Assembly: GCA_045580875.1 (NCBI GenBank)
Contig: JAZNOP010000005.1
Location: 1,945 to 65,944, forward strand
Length of the DNA: 64,000 nt
Direction: 5' to 3'
Source: Acutalibacteraceae bacterium
GTDB lineage: Bacteria; Bacillota; Clostridia; Oscillospirales; Acutalibacteraceae
The position numbers and the translations under genes are program-made. Below, piece by piece: positions 54,937-64,000 of the stretch. The notes beneath the pieces are model-generated. The model made no database searches. It was not told the DNA's origin and was given only the letters and a program-made list of their open reading frames with translations. Positions within the stretch are counted from its first letter, which is position 1. Every line of letters starts with the position of its first letter.

Positions 54937-56346
54937 TTAACCTATAACATCTTTAACCTTATTGATTTCTAAGAAAGTATTGCCTCCTCCTTGTCCGAGG
55001 CTGCCGCTCAGATATGCTACCTTGTCGTTCATTTCAACATATCTCTTCTGATAGAGAAGTCGAACGGCTGCTACATATTGTTCGTGAGATGACATCTTGA
55101 TATGCTGCGAAAATGGAATTATACCATAGCTTAAAGCTAACAGTCGATGTACCTTGTCGTTGCTGCATAAGGCTATGACGGGATTTGGTCCGCGGAAAGC
55201 CGACAGATTGCGTGACGTCTTGCCTGTCACGGTGTCTGTTATTATACATTTCACGCCGAGATGTTCGGTGGCTTCTATGGCGTTTTTCGAGAGGAATCCT
55301 GTCACGTCATCGAAGTCGCAAAGCGGAATGTCGATGTCGTTTTCACGTAATTTGTCTTTCTCTGCCTGTTCCGCGATGGTAACCATTGTTCTCACCGCTT
55401 CAAGAGGATATTTCCCCGATGCCGTCTCGCCGCTCAACATCAGAGCGTCTGTGCGATAATAAATCGCGTTGGCGATGTCGGTAACCTCGGCGCGCGTAGG
55501 ACGCGGATTTTTGATCATGGTGTGAAGCATCTGAGTCGCGACGATGACAGGTTTCTTAGCTAACACACATTTCCTGATAATCTTACGCTGAATTCCCGGA
55601 ATATGTTCAATAGGAACTTCGATGCCGAGGTCACCGCGGGCGATCATAATTCCGTATGACGCGTCTATTATTTCATCGATGTTATCGACGCCTTCTTGAT
55701 TCTCAATCTTAGAGATAATCTGTATGTCGCTATTATGTTCATCAATAATATCCTGGACTGCCTTCACGTCTGTTCTGTTTCTTACAAAAGAATGCGCGAT
55801 GAAGTCGATGTCTTCTTCAATGGCAAATTTTATATTGCTGATGTCTTTCTCTGTCAGAGCCGGCAGATTGATATGCACTCCTGGAACGTTGACACTCTTA
55901 CGTGAACCTAATCTTCCGTCATTCTGAACCACAGCAAAAAGTGAATCATCATTCTTGTCGACAATCTTCATCGAGAGTTCGCCGTCGTCGAAAAGAATAT
56001 CATCGCCTATGTTTATGTCGTTGACAAAGTTCATATACGAGACGTTTACACAATCGCGAGTTGTCATCGCTTCAGGCTTGCCGCATATCTTGACACGGTC
56101 GCCGGTCACGAAATAAATGTGTTCCTCAACGGCAGTCGTCCTGATTTCCGGACCCTTAGTGTCGATGAGAATGGCAAGATGTGGAGAAACTTCCCTCACA
56201 TTATTAATAACTTTTCTGATGCCTTCGGGTGTGGCATGAGCGGTGTTGATTCTCACCACGTTCACACCTGCATTGTATAATTCCTTAATAAAATCGACAT
56301 CGCAGCGAAGGTCGCTTATTGATGCCACAATCTTAGTCTGTTTCAT
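54937..56346 (-). CDS. pyk: pyruvate kinase
   Basis: 469 aa. KIVASI...NVVRINTAHA...DTKGPEIRT...MIARGDLGIEVP. Confidence 0.93.
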   Translation of the reverse strand: MKQTKIVASISDLRCDVDFIKELYNAGVNVVRINTAHATPEGIRKVINNVREVSPHLAILIDTKGPEIRTTAVEEHIYFVTGDRVKICGKPEAMTTRDCVNVSYMNFVNDINIGDDILFDDGELSMKIVDKNDDSLFAVVQNDGRLGSRKSVNVPGVHINLPALTEKDISNIKFAIEEDIDFIAHSFVRNRTDVKAVQDIIDEHNSDIQIISKIENQEGVDNIDEIIDASYGIMIARGDLGIEVPIEHIPGIQRKIIRKCVLAKKPVIVATQMLHTMIKNPRPTRAEVTDIANAIYYRTDALMLSGETASGKYPLEAVRTMVTIAEQAEKDKLRENDIDIPLCDFDDVTGFLSKNAIEATEHLGVKCIITDTVTGKTSRNLSAFRGPNPVIALCSNDKVHRLLALSYGIIPFSQHIKMSSHEQYVAAVRLLYQKRYVEMNDKVAYLSGSLGQGGGNTFLEINKVKDVIG

Positions 56347-56428
56347 AATAAATAATCTGTTGTTTTTATAACAAACAAAGATACGAAAGTATTTTAATTA
56401 TATTTGCAAAATAATACGTACATAAATC

Positions 56429-56956
56429 ATGGATAAAAAAGAATTAAGATCCTTAATCAAGACTTTAAAGAAACAACATTCTAAAGAAAGTCTCCTTGAA
56501 CAATCGCAGTTGATTCTTAGTAAGTTGGAAAATCACCAATCTTTTGTTGAGGCGGAGACCGTCATGTTATACAGCTCGCTTCCTGATGAAGTAGACACTC
56601 ACGATTTCTTAGAGAGATGGCGCAACAAGAAAAGAATCATACTTCCTACTGTAGTGGGCGATGACATCATTCCTGTTGAACTTTCGAAGGAAACAGATTT
56701 CGCCATAGGTGACTTCAATATATTAGAACCTCAAAATGAACCGTATAACGGGAACTACGACTTGATTGTCGTTCCTGGCGTGGCGTTCGACAAAAACGGA
56801 AACCGAATAGGAAGAGGTAAAGGCTACTACGACAGATTTCTGTGCAAGCATTTAGAGGTAAAAAGAATCGGCATCTGCTTCGACTTCCAGCTCGTTGATG
56901 AAGTGCCGACTGAAGACAACGACATAAGGATGGATGAGATTATTAGTTTGGCGTAA
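56429..56956 (+). CDS. 5-formyltetrahydrofolate cyclo-ligase
   Basis: 175 aa. VVPGVAFDKNGNRIGRGKGYYDRFL. Confidence 0.88.
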   Translation: MDKKELRSLIKTLKKQHSKESLLEQSQLILSKLENHQSFVEAETVMLYSSLPDEVDTHDFLERWRNKKRIILPTVVGDDIIPVELSKETDFAIGDFNILEPQNEPYNGNYDLIVVPGVAFDKNGNRIGRGKGYYDRFLCKHLEVKRIGICFDFQLVDEVPTEDNDIRMDEIISLA

Positions 56957-56960
56957 ATTA

Positions 56961-56998
56961 AAAAGTCCTCTTAATGAATTGCTCAAAGAGGACTTTTT
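56961..56998. terminator. bidirectional stem-loop
   Basis: AAAAGTCCTCTT (56961-56972) pairs with AAGAGGACTTTT (56986-56997). Confidence 0.75.
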
Positions 56999-57017
56999 GT
57001 CGACGTTAGATTCAGGA

Positions 57018-57488
57018 TCAGAATTCTACTGTCTTGATCTCTGTTTGTGGAATGAAATCAAAAGGTTCATATTTTAAAAGCTGTAAGGCCGCGAACTTCT
57101 TGTCCTTAGAATGAAGTACATAGAGTTGAACATTGCCTTCGTCGACTCTCTTGATTTTTTCAATTGACTTTAAATCGTCATTTTCCAAAGCGTTCTTTAT
57201 GTTATAGAAATCGTTTGTGTCGTAATAAAGCTGACGTTTAATTATAGGAGAATTGGTTTTGGAATAAACTTCCTTATTCATCTTGGCGAATAACAAAAAT
57301 AAAGCGAAGGCAACAGCTACTACTCCTACAAAAACAAGTGCCGAAGAAGCCATGTTGCTTTCAAAATTACCGGAATAAATGAACAAGAGACAGGAAATGG
57401 CAATTAACAATATTCCTGCTATTAATGAACCTGTATTAAATTTTTTTTCGATTAATTCTATTTTTACGTTTTTAATGTTGTTTGTCAT
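57018..57488 (-). CDS. hypothetical two-TM membrane protein
   Basis: ORF track start is 57551 (TTG). I prefer ATG 57488 (MTNNIKNVKIE...). Two hydrophobic helices, then a soluble C-terminal half. No family recognised. Confidence 0.5.
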   Translation of the reverse strand: MTNNIKNVKIELIEKKFNTGSLIAGILLIAISCLLFIYSGNFESNMASSALVFVGVVAVAFALFLLFAKMNKEVYSKTNSPIIKRQLYYDTNDFYNIKNALENDDLKSIEKIKRVDEGNVQLYVLHSKDKKFAALQLLKYEPFDFIPQTEIKTVEF

Positions 57489-57557
57489 AATTTTAAATTT
57501 AATTGTTAATAATAAGTCAACGAGTCGACAAGTAAATACGCATCCTGTCAACCCAAT

Positions 57558-57595
57558 AATTGTAAACTGTCAATTGTAAATTGTAAATTGTCAAA
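57558..57595. repeat. 7-nt microsatellite (AATTGTA-like, 5-6 units)
   Basis: AATTGTA AACTGTC AATTGTA AATTGTA AATTGTC AAAT. It overlaps the stop of the 57591..57974 ORF. Confidence 0.7.
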
Positions 57596-57974
57596 TGATA
57601 AGGTGTCTTACTATAACAATCAAATCATCATTCGATGACAGAGGAGATGAAAATTTTGTGTTGTAGTTTTTGGTCGGTTGCACTTCTGAAGAGAAATGTC
57701 GTGATAGTATACAGCTTATAGGATTTTGCTGTGTTTTCTTTTGTGAAGGTAAAAGCCTGAATGACGGCAGCGACAAAGAATTATGCAGTTCCGGCAGGAT
57801 GCTTTTACTTGAATTTGTGATGTTGAAGATCGTTTCAATATCAGACTGCTGACTGTCGGAGATATAGGCATTGTCGTCATTATTAATTCTGTCTAACACA
57901 GTAACATCATCTTTCACAAGGAAAGACAACGTCATAAAAACCAATGATAATATTATCAGAATATGTTTTTTCAT
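57591..57974 (-). CDS. hypothetical secreted or anchored protein
   Basis: 127 aa. N-terminal signal-like MKKHILIILSLVFMTLSF. No family recognised. Confidence 0.45.
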   Translation of the reverse strand: MKKHILIILSLVFMTLSFLVKDDVTVLDRINNDDNAYISDSQQSDIETIFNITNSSKSILPELHNSLSLPSFRLLPSQKKTQQNPISCILSRHFSSEVQPTKNYNTKFSSPLSSNDDLIVIVRHLII

Positions 57975-58055
57975 AAGACAAAATCAATGTGCAAATATAA
58001 CACATTAATTGCATAGTTGTCGTTATTTTTTTATTCATAACCCATAATTATTTCG

Positions 58056-58111
58056 ATTATGCATTATGAATTATGCATTATGCATTATGCATTATGCATT
58101 ATGAATTGTAG
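58056..58111. repeat. 7-nt microsatellite (ATTATGC, 8 units)
   Basis: ATTATGC ATTATGA ATTATGC x4 ATTATGA ATTGTAG. It ends 4 nt before the GH20 stop codon. Confidence 0.8.
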
Positions 58112-58115
58112 TGTG

Positions 58116-59876
58116 CTACTCTGTTACTTTCAAAAAACCGAAGCTCCATCTTTGACCTCTGAATGTTTTCGGGATATAAAGCTTAATCTCGTTATCTCCT
58201 TGCTTAAGATCTATCGATAATGGTTCACGCATCCAATAGAACTGCTCGTCGGTATAAGGTAATTCTTCTTCGGGTTTGTGCCATGTGTTAAAATGAAACT
58301 CATATTTCTCAGGTTCGTTCCATTTCTGAGTCGGGAAATATTCTTCGTCGTTGACGAAAAGGCGTCCTTGATTTTCCCATTTGCCTTGAGGTCCGATGCC
58401 GCCGGAGATTCTGTTAGAACGAGCCGCCGCCTCGAATCCGACCCACACTTTTATCGTAGTGTCGCATTTTGAATTGATGTTAGTGAAAGCCCAGGCTGAG
58501 ACAGTGTCGCCGACAGTTATAGAGTTTTCTGTACATAAGTCGTTGACATCTACAGCACCGCCTCTTGCGTATAAGGTGTCGTTGCCGTCTATTTTAATCT
58601 TCCATGCAGTCGTCGCGTTAGGATGCCAGCGGACATCATGATTTTTCACTATATGACTTTTATGATACGACATTTTGTCTTCAAACTCTGAGAGCTCATC
58701 CCACGAGCCTTCGCCTCCGTTCCAAAAACGTTCGGCATATACCATCATGCCGTTAATCATCCCGTTATGAAGAGCGATGCGAGTCTTGTCATCGACGCGT
58801 ACGTCGTTCCATAGACATAAGATTCCGCCGAGGGCGTTAGTGGTGTCAGGCACGTCTTGAGCACATGCTTTATGAAGAAAGACTTTATTTGTGAAATAGA
58901 TAGGATCATAATAATTAAGGTAGCCCATAAAAGAATCCACATACTTACCGCCTTTTTTAGTCTGTGCGGCATTAGAACCAGCGGCGGTGTTCCATATCTG
59001 ACGTACGGTAGTGGAGTCGGAAGGAAGACCTGGATCCCAAGCCATGGCGATGCGATTATGTCTCTTACAGAGATTCTCGGTGAATCTCATGAAACCCTTA
59101 GGATCTGCGATATAAACCTCATCAGAACCGATATGAAGATAAGGACACAAAGATGCTGGTATCTCTTCACAAAATTCATCAATACATTTCTCAAGAACCT
59201 TCATTCCTTCCTCTGAATCCATACTGAAACCGAAAGCGTTTCTGAAATATGCCGAATGTCCAGGCATATCGATCTCAGGCATTATGGTGATGCCGCGTTC
59301 TTTGGCGTAAGCTATCAATTCTCTGATTTCATCGTATGTGTAAAACTTTCCGCAGTCACGGCCCGGACGTTGATGATGAGGATCATTTAGTTGTGGATAA
59401 GCTTTACATTCTATTCGCCACGCCGGATTGTCGGTCAGATGCCAATGGAAATAATTAATTTTGTATAACGACATTAAATCTATCGTTTCTTTCAACATAT
59501 CTATTGTCTGGAAGTTACGTCCTGTGTCGTGCATGAAACCTCTGAAAGGATAAGCCGACCAGTCGTGAATCTCTACATCAGGAATACGGTTGTTTTCGTC
59601 TGCAATCTGTTTCAGAGTCTGCTTTGCCCAGATGATGTTACCTTCTATTACGACGTTTCCATTCTTGGAGCTAAGATAATATTCGTCTTTATTATGAGGA
59701 TAGATGAGATTTTCGGAAGAACTCAAGATTGTCACATCCTTGATTTGATGTAATCTGTTGTCTCTAATTATCAACTTCTTAGGCTCAGGGATTATGTTTC
59801 CTTCGATGAAAATATCTTTTTCCGAACATGAAAGTAAGGTCAGAAATATAACTGTTAATGTCAAAATCTTTCTCAT
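58116..59876 (-). CDS. GH20 beta-N-acetylhexosaminidase lipoprotein
   Basis: ORF track start is 59930 (TTG). I prefer ATG 59876 (MRKILTLTVIFLTLLSCS lipobox). Catalytic HIGSDE motif; GFMHDTGRNF. Confidence 0.85.
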   Translation of the reverse strand: MRKILTLTVIFLTLLSCSEKDIFIEGNIIPEPKKLIIRDNRLHQIKDVTILSSSENLIYPHNKDEYYLSSKNGNVVIEGNIIWAKQTLKQIADENNRIPDVEIHDWSAYPFRGFMHDTGRNFQTIDMLKETIDLMSLYKINYFHWHLTDNPAWRIECKAYPQLNDPHHQRPGRDCGKFYTYDEIRELIAYAKERGITIMPEIDMPGHSAYFRNAFGFSMDSEEGMKVLEKCIDEFCEEIPASLCPYLHIGSDEVYIADPKGFMRFTENLCKRHNRIAMAWDPGLPSDSTTVRQIWNTAAGSNAAQTKKGGKYVDSFMGYLNYYDPIYFTNKVFLHKACAQDVPDTTNALGGILCLWNDVRVDDKTRIALHNGMINGMMVYAERFWNGGEGSWDELSEFEDKMSYHKSHIVKNHDVRWHPNATTAWKIKIDGNDTLYARGGAVDVNDLCTENSITVGDTVSAWAFTNINSKCDTTIKVWVGFEAAARSNRISGGIGPQGKWENQGRLFVNDEEYFPTQKWNEPEKYEFHFNTWHKPEEELPYTDEQFYWMREPLSIDLKQGDNEIKLYIPKTFRGQRWSFGFLKVTE

Positions 59877-59971
59877 AAACAAACTATTTTTTGCAAATCT
59901 AAGAAAAATGTTGGTTAAATTATTTTTCAATCATAAAATATCGTACTTTTGCGCAATAAAAAAAACGTAAG

Positions 59972-60913
59972 ATGAATTTTAAAGAAATTATTAGTTACTT
60001 AGGAACAAAGAAGTTCTGGGTAGAGTTGGTTATCATGACTTTAGGTATGATAGTCACAGCTTGTGCGGTTTACTATTTCCTCGTACCAAGTAAACTTATC
60101 ATTGGTACAATTTCAGGTCTCTCAATCGTCATCAGTGGAGTATGCGAAAAGTTTTTTGGTTTCCCACTTAATGTGTCGACGGTTATTTTTGTAATCAATG
60201 CCATCCTTTTGATTTTAGCTTATCTTTTAATTAACAAGGAGTTCGGTACAAAGACTGTTTACACAGCTCTCATCTTAGGTCCTTTGATGAGTCTCTTAGA
60301 GAAATATTTACCATACGAAAAATTCATTGATCCAACTTCGGAAATTCCATCTATCATGGGCGACCTTTGGCTTGATCTCTGCTGCTTCGTTCTGTTGTTA
60401 AGTTTGGCACAAGCCGTATTGTTCAAGATTAACGCATCTACTGGTGGTCTCGACATCTTGGCGAAAATCGTTAACAAATATTTACACTTCGATATTGGAA
60501 CGTCAGTGTCGGTAGCTGGCTGGTGTATCTGCGCCACAGCGTTTTTAATCAACGACGCTCGTCTCGTTATCATCGGTTTAATCGGTACATGGATCAACGG
60601 TTTAGTAGTCGATTACTTCACCGCAAGTTTGAACAAGAGAAAAAGAGTCTGTATCATCTCTCCAGAATACGAAAGAATCAGACAATATATCATCAACGAT
60701 TTGTCTCGCGGTTTGACAATATATAACGTTAAAGGTGGTTATAGCGGAGAAGACAAGGTTGAACTTGAAGCTCTTTTGAGTACAGATGAATTTTCAGATT
60801 TGATGAAGTTTGTCAATGAAAATGAGATCAACGCTTTCATTACAGCTGGTAACGTAAGTGAAGTCTATGGTCTCTGGGGTGACAAGAACAGACGTAAACA
60901 TATCAGCAAATAA
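59972..60913 (+). CDS. YitT family membrane protein (DUF2179 C-terminal domain)
   Basis: 313 aa. Five or six hydrophobic helices plus the soluble C-terminal domain typical of YitT. Confidence 0.75.
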   Translation: MNFKEIISYLGTKKFWVELVIMTLGMIVTACAVYYFLVPSKLIIGTISGLSIVISGVCEKFFGFPLNVSTVIFVINAILLILAYLLINKEFGTKTVYTALILGPLMSLLEKYLPYEKFIDPTSEIPSIMGDLWLDLCCFVLLLSLAQAVLFKINASTGGLDILAKIVNKYLHFDIGTSVSVAGWCICATAFLINDARLVIIGLIGTWINGLVVDYFTASLNKRKRVCIISPEYERIRQYIINDLSRGLTIYNVKGGYSGEDKVELEALLSTDEFSDLMKFVNENEINAFITAGNVSEVYGLWGDKNRRKHISK

Positions 60914-60935
60914 CATTTATTTGTTAAGAAATATC

Positions 60936-60968
60936 AGCGCATCATCAAAATGGTGCGCTTTTTTTTAT
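60936..60968 (+). terminator. intrinsic terminator after yitT
   Basis: AGCGCA (60936-60941) pairs with TGCGCT (60954-60959), followed by T8. Confidence 0.7.
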
Positions 60969-61010
60969 TTCCATAAAAAACAAAAATCTGAGAATCTTCA
61001 AGAAAAACTC

Positions 61011-61059
61011 TCAGATTCTCAGATTTTTCAGATTTTCAGATTTTCAGATTCTGAAAATC
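61011..61059. repeat. 8-nt microsatellite (TCAGATTT, 5 units) ending in a 9-bp hairpin
   Basis: TCAGATT starts at 61011, 61019, 61028, 61036 and 61044. GATTTTCAG (61039-61047) pairs with CTGAAAATC (61051-61059), overlapping the PFOR stop codon. Confidence 0.75.
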
Positions 61060-64000
61060 ATTTGCCTTCGCTCATTTTCTTATAGCCTTCGTAACGAAGT
61101 TTTGCGTATTGTTCTGTCTTGGCGAACAATTCTTTAGCTTCTTCAGGGAAGGTCTTGACTAATGAGTTATAACGTACTTCACCCATGATGAATTGTTGGA
61201 ACTTGCTCCAGTCTGGTTCTTTGCTGTCTAAGTGGAAGCCGATTTGTCCTGCTTCTTCTTCCAATGGGTTGAAGCGATAGAGATGCCAGTATCCGCATTC
61301 CACTGCCAACTTCTCTTCTTGTTGTGTGCGACCCATGCCAGCTTTGATGCCGTGGTTGATACATGGAGCGTAGCAGATCACGAGTGATGGTCCTGGATAT
61401 GCTTCAGCTTCTTTGATAGCCTTGAAATATTGTGCTTGGTTTGCGCCCATCGCCACTTGTGCGACATAGACGTAACCGTAGCTCTTTGCTATCATGCCAA
61501 GGTCTTTCTTACGTAATTTCTTACCTGATGCTGCGAACTTAGCTACTGCGCCTGCTGGTGTTGCCTTCGATGACTGACCGCCTGTATTGGAATATACTTC
61601 GGTGTCGAGGACGAGTACGTTGACATCTTCGCCTGATGCGAGTACGTGGTCTAAGCCGCCGAATCCGATGTCGTAAGCCCAACCGTCACCACCGATGATC
61701 CATTGTGATTTCTTGACCAAGTGGTCTTTCAACTCAACGATTTGCTTGCAGTATGTGCAATCGCATTTGCCTGCTTCTGCCAAAATCTGAGGAGCGAGTT
61801 TCTCTGTGACTTGTCCGTTCTCGCGGTTGTCGATCCATTGTTGGAAGAGAGCCTTAAGTTCTGCTGAGCAGCAGCTGCATTCTTCTATGGCTTCTCTCAT
61901 GATACGTTCCACGCGGTCGCGGAGTTTGTTGGTGGCTGTCTGCATACCGAGTCCGAATTCTGCATTGTCTTCGAACAAGCTGTTAGCCCATGCCACGCCC
62001 TTGCCTGATTTGTAGTTCTTACAATAAGGTGTTGCAGGTGCTGAGCCACCGTAGATTGAAGAACAACCTGTTGCGTTGGCGACTAACATTCTCTCGCCGA
62101 ACAATTGTGTGATAGTCTTGATATATGGTGTTTCGCCGCAGCCTGCACATGCGCCAGAGAACTCGAACAATGGTTGTGCGAATTGGCTGTTCTTGATGTT
62201 GGCAAATTTGTCGATGAGTTCGTCTTTATAAGCTACTTTATGTTGGCTGTATTCCCAGTTTTCTGCTTCGCCGAGTTGGCTTTCGAAAGGTTTCATCACC
62301 AAGGCTTTCTCTTTAGCAGGACATACGTCGGCGCAGTTGCCGCAGCCTGTACAGTCCATGACAGAGACCTGCATACGGAATTTCATTCCTGCAAATTCCT
62401 TAGGCATCTTGATGTCGATAGTCTTCATCGATTCAGGAGCATTCGCCAATTCTTCTTCGTTCATCACTACAGGACGTATCGCTGCGTGAGGACATACCAA
62501 AGAACATTGGTTACATTGGATACAGTTTTCTGATTGCCATTCAGGGACGAAAGTGGCGATGCCGCGTTTTTCGTAAGCTGTAGTACCAGCTGGGAATGTA
62601 CCGTCGATGATTTCTTCGAAGGTGCTGACAGGAAGGTCGTTGCCTAACTGAGCTGTCATAGGACGCATGATCTTGTTGATGAACTCTGGTGCGCCTTTCA
62701 ATGGCTCGAGGACGAAGTCGGTCTTACAGCTGAGATGTGCCCATTCTTCTGGTATCTCAACTTTTGTAATCTCAGCGCCACGGTCAACAGCAGCGAAGTT
62801 CATCTTAACTATGTCCTCACCTTTCTTGCCATACGACTTGACGATGAATTTCTTCATCTGTTCAACGGCGAGGTCGTAAGGGATAACTTCGGAGATCTTG
62901 AAGAATGCAGATTGGAGGATAGTATTAGTACGGTTACCTAATCCTATTTCGTCAGCGATCTTTGTAGCGTCGATGATATACATATTAATATTATGTACTG
63001 CCAGATATTTCTTCACGAAGTCTGGAAGATGTTTCTTGGTTTCTTCTACGCTCCATGGTGAGTTGTAGAGGAATGTTCCGTTATCTTTCAAACCGCGTAA
63101 GCAGTCGTATTTGCTTAAGTATGAAGGAACGTGGACTGCCACGAAGTCAGGTGTTCCTACGAGATATGGAGCCAAGATAGGACGGTCGCCGAAGCGGAGG
63201 TGTGAACATGTGTAGCCTCCTGATTTCTTTGAGTCATAGTCGAAGTAAGCTTGGCTGTATTTATTTGTATTGTCACCGATAATCTTGATGGAGTTCTTGT
63301 TAGCACCTACAGTACCGTCAGCGCCGAGTCCGTAGAACTTAGCTTCGAAAGTGCCTTCTGGAAGGATCGAGAACTCAGGAAGCATTGGGAGAGAACCGAA
63401 TGTCACGTCGTCGTTGATACCGATGGTGAATCTGTTACGAGGTTGAGGTCTCTCTAAGTTTTTGAACACTGCTAAGATGTGAGCCGGTGTTGTGTCTTTT
63501 GATGAAAGACCATAACGACCGCCGATGATATGTGGTAAGTTAGCGCTGTTGTTGTTGCATAAGTCGTTGTAAGCTTCAACTATATCTAAGTAGAGAGGTT
63601 CTCCGTTTGAACCGGTGTCTTTTGTTCTGTCTAAAACACAGATACGATCTACAGTTTTAGGAACTACAGCGAGGAGGTGTTTCACGCTGAAAGGACGGTA
63701 GAGGTGTACGCTTACCAAACCTACTTTCTTACCTTCTGCATTGAGTTTGTCGACGACGGTCTTGATAACGTCGGTGATAGAGCCCATAGCGATGAGTATG
63801 TTTGTAGCGTCTTTAGCACCATAGTAAGTGAAAGGAGCGTATTCACGGCCGGTGATTTTGCTCATTTCTTTCATATATTTAGCTACTATGTCAGGGAGAG
63901 CATAGTAGTATTTATTTTGTAATTCGCGTGTTTGGAAATAGATGTCAGGGTTTTGTGCTGTACCGCGTGTCACAGGATGTTCTGGGTTAAGAGCGCGGTC
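61058..64000 (-). CDS. nifJ: pyruvate:ferredoxin (flavodoxin) oxidoreductase, C-terminal ~980 aa (N-terminus beyond the right edge)
   Basis: The frame stays open to position 64000 (...DRALNPEHPVTRGTAQNPDIYFQ). Ferredoxin motifs CIQCNQCSLVCP and CTGCGNCADVCP. TPP motif GGDGWAYDIGFGG. Confidence 0.93.
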   Translation of the reverse strand, partial: DRALNPEHPVTRGTAQNPDIYFQTRELQNKYYYALPDIVAKYMKEMSKITGREYAPFTYYGAKDATNILIAMGSITDVIKTVVDKLNAEGKKVGLVSVHLYRPFSVKHLLAVVPKTVDRICVLDRTKDTGSNGEPLYLDIVEAYNDLCNNNSANLPHIIGGRYGLSSKDTTPAHILAVFKNLERPQPRNRFTIGINDDVTFGSLPMLPEFSILPEGTFEAKFYGLGADGTVGANKNSIKIIGDNTNKYSQAYFDYDSKKSGGYTCSHLRFGDRPILAPYLVGTPDFVAVHVPSYLSKYDCLRGLKDNGTFLYNSPWSVEETKKHLPDFVKKYLAVHNINMYIIDATKIADEIGLGNRTNTILQSAFFKISEVIPYDLAVEQMKKFIVKSYGKKGEDIVKMNFAAVDRGAEITKVEIPEEWAHLSCKTDFVLEPLKGAPEFINKIMRPMTAQLGNDLPVSTFEEIIDGTFPAGTTAYEKRGIATFVPEWQSENCIQCNQCSLVCPHAAIRPVVMNEEELANAPESMKTIDIKMPKEFAGMKFRMQVSVMDCTGCGNCADVCPAKEKALVMKPFESQLGEAENWEYSQHKVAYKDELIDKFANIKNSQFAQPLFEFSGACAGCGETPYIKTITQLFGERMLVANATGCSSIYGGSAPATPYCKNYKSGKGVAWANSLFEDNAEFGLGMQTATNKLRDRVERIMREAIEECSCCSAELKALFQQWIDNRENGQVTEKLAPQILAEAGKCDCTYCKQIVELKDHLVKKSQWIIGGDGWAYDIGFGGLDHVLASGEDVNVLVLDTEVYSNTGGQSSKATPAGAVAKFAASGKKLRKKDLGMIAKSYGYVYVAQVAMGANQAQYFKAIKEAEAYPGPSLVICYAPCINHGIKAGMGRTQQEEKLAVECGYWHLYRFNPLEEEAGQIGFHLDSKEPDWSKFQQFIMGEVRYNSLVKTFPEEAKELFAKTEQYAKLRYEGYKKMSEGK

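Noticed and set aside
58056-58111. CRISPR-like array
   Set aside because: The period is only 7 nt with no spacers, so it is a microsatellite. No cas genes are present anywhere in the window.

Overview
The window joins two different genomic contexts.

(1) Positions 1 to ~53.3 kb look like a Firmicutes/Clostridia-type chromosome. G+C is mid-range by eye (not computed). Almost every gene has a GGAGG-type Shine-Dalgarno site, and there are many canonical intrinsic terminators. Content is housekeeping and envelope:
- partial DnaD-like gene, ECF sigma/anti-sigma pair, addA-addB
- a surface-glycopolymer cluster (polytopic membrane protein, GT4, Wzx-type flippase)
- Na/Pi cotransporter plus PhoR-like kinase with a Pho box
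- SbcD-like nuclease plus a membrane-anchored Rad50/YhaN-like ATPase
- yerC-like gene, methyltransferase, hslO, an OmpR-type regulator
- LCP protein plus sugar-phosphate transferase
- zur-znuA-znuC-znuB with a perfect Zur-box palindrome
- CWB2/L,D-transpeptidase wall protein, pcrA, secG, pepF, padR module
- ctsR-mcsA-mcsB-clpC and a stand-alone initiator-type tRNA-Met

(2) Positions ~53.3-64 kb look Bacteroidales-type. The sequence is visibly more AT-rich, start codons lack SD sites, and one protein has a Bacteroidetes-style lipoprotein signal. Genes are gadB, pyk, 5-formyl-THF cyclo-ligase, a GH20 hexosaminidase, yitT and a partial PFOR/nifJ. I read the junction as a contig join or chimeric bin, not as biology.

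I found no CRISPR array, transposase, integrase or recognisable defence system.

The only region the annotated genes do not explain is a ~1.45-kb ORF-poor island (46.66-48.10 kb) upstream of ctsR. It holds:
- a second CtsR-type operator
- two unannotated micro-ORFs with strong SDs: a 52-aa Cys/Gly/Asn-rich membrane peptide and a 47-aa amphipathic peptide
- an SD-occluding hairpin, a bidirectional terminator with a convergent sRNA candidate, and a further orphan terminator-capped structured RNA candidate
- dense degenerate 8-11-nt repeats

I cannot show from sequence alone that this is a new system. It is my best candidate, and it needs transcriptomics and comparative genomics. All protein family calls rest on motifs read by eye; no searches were run.
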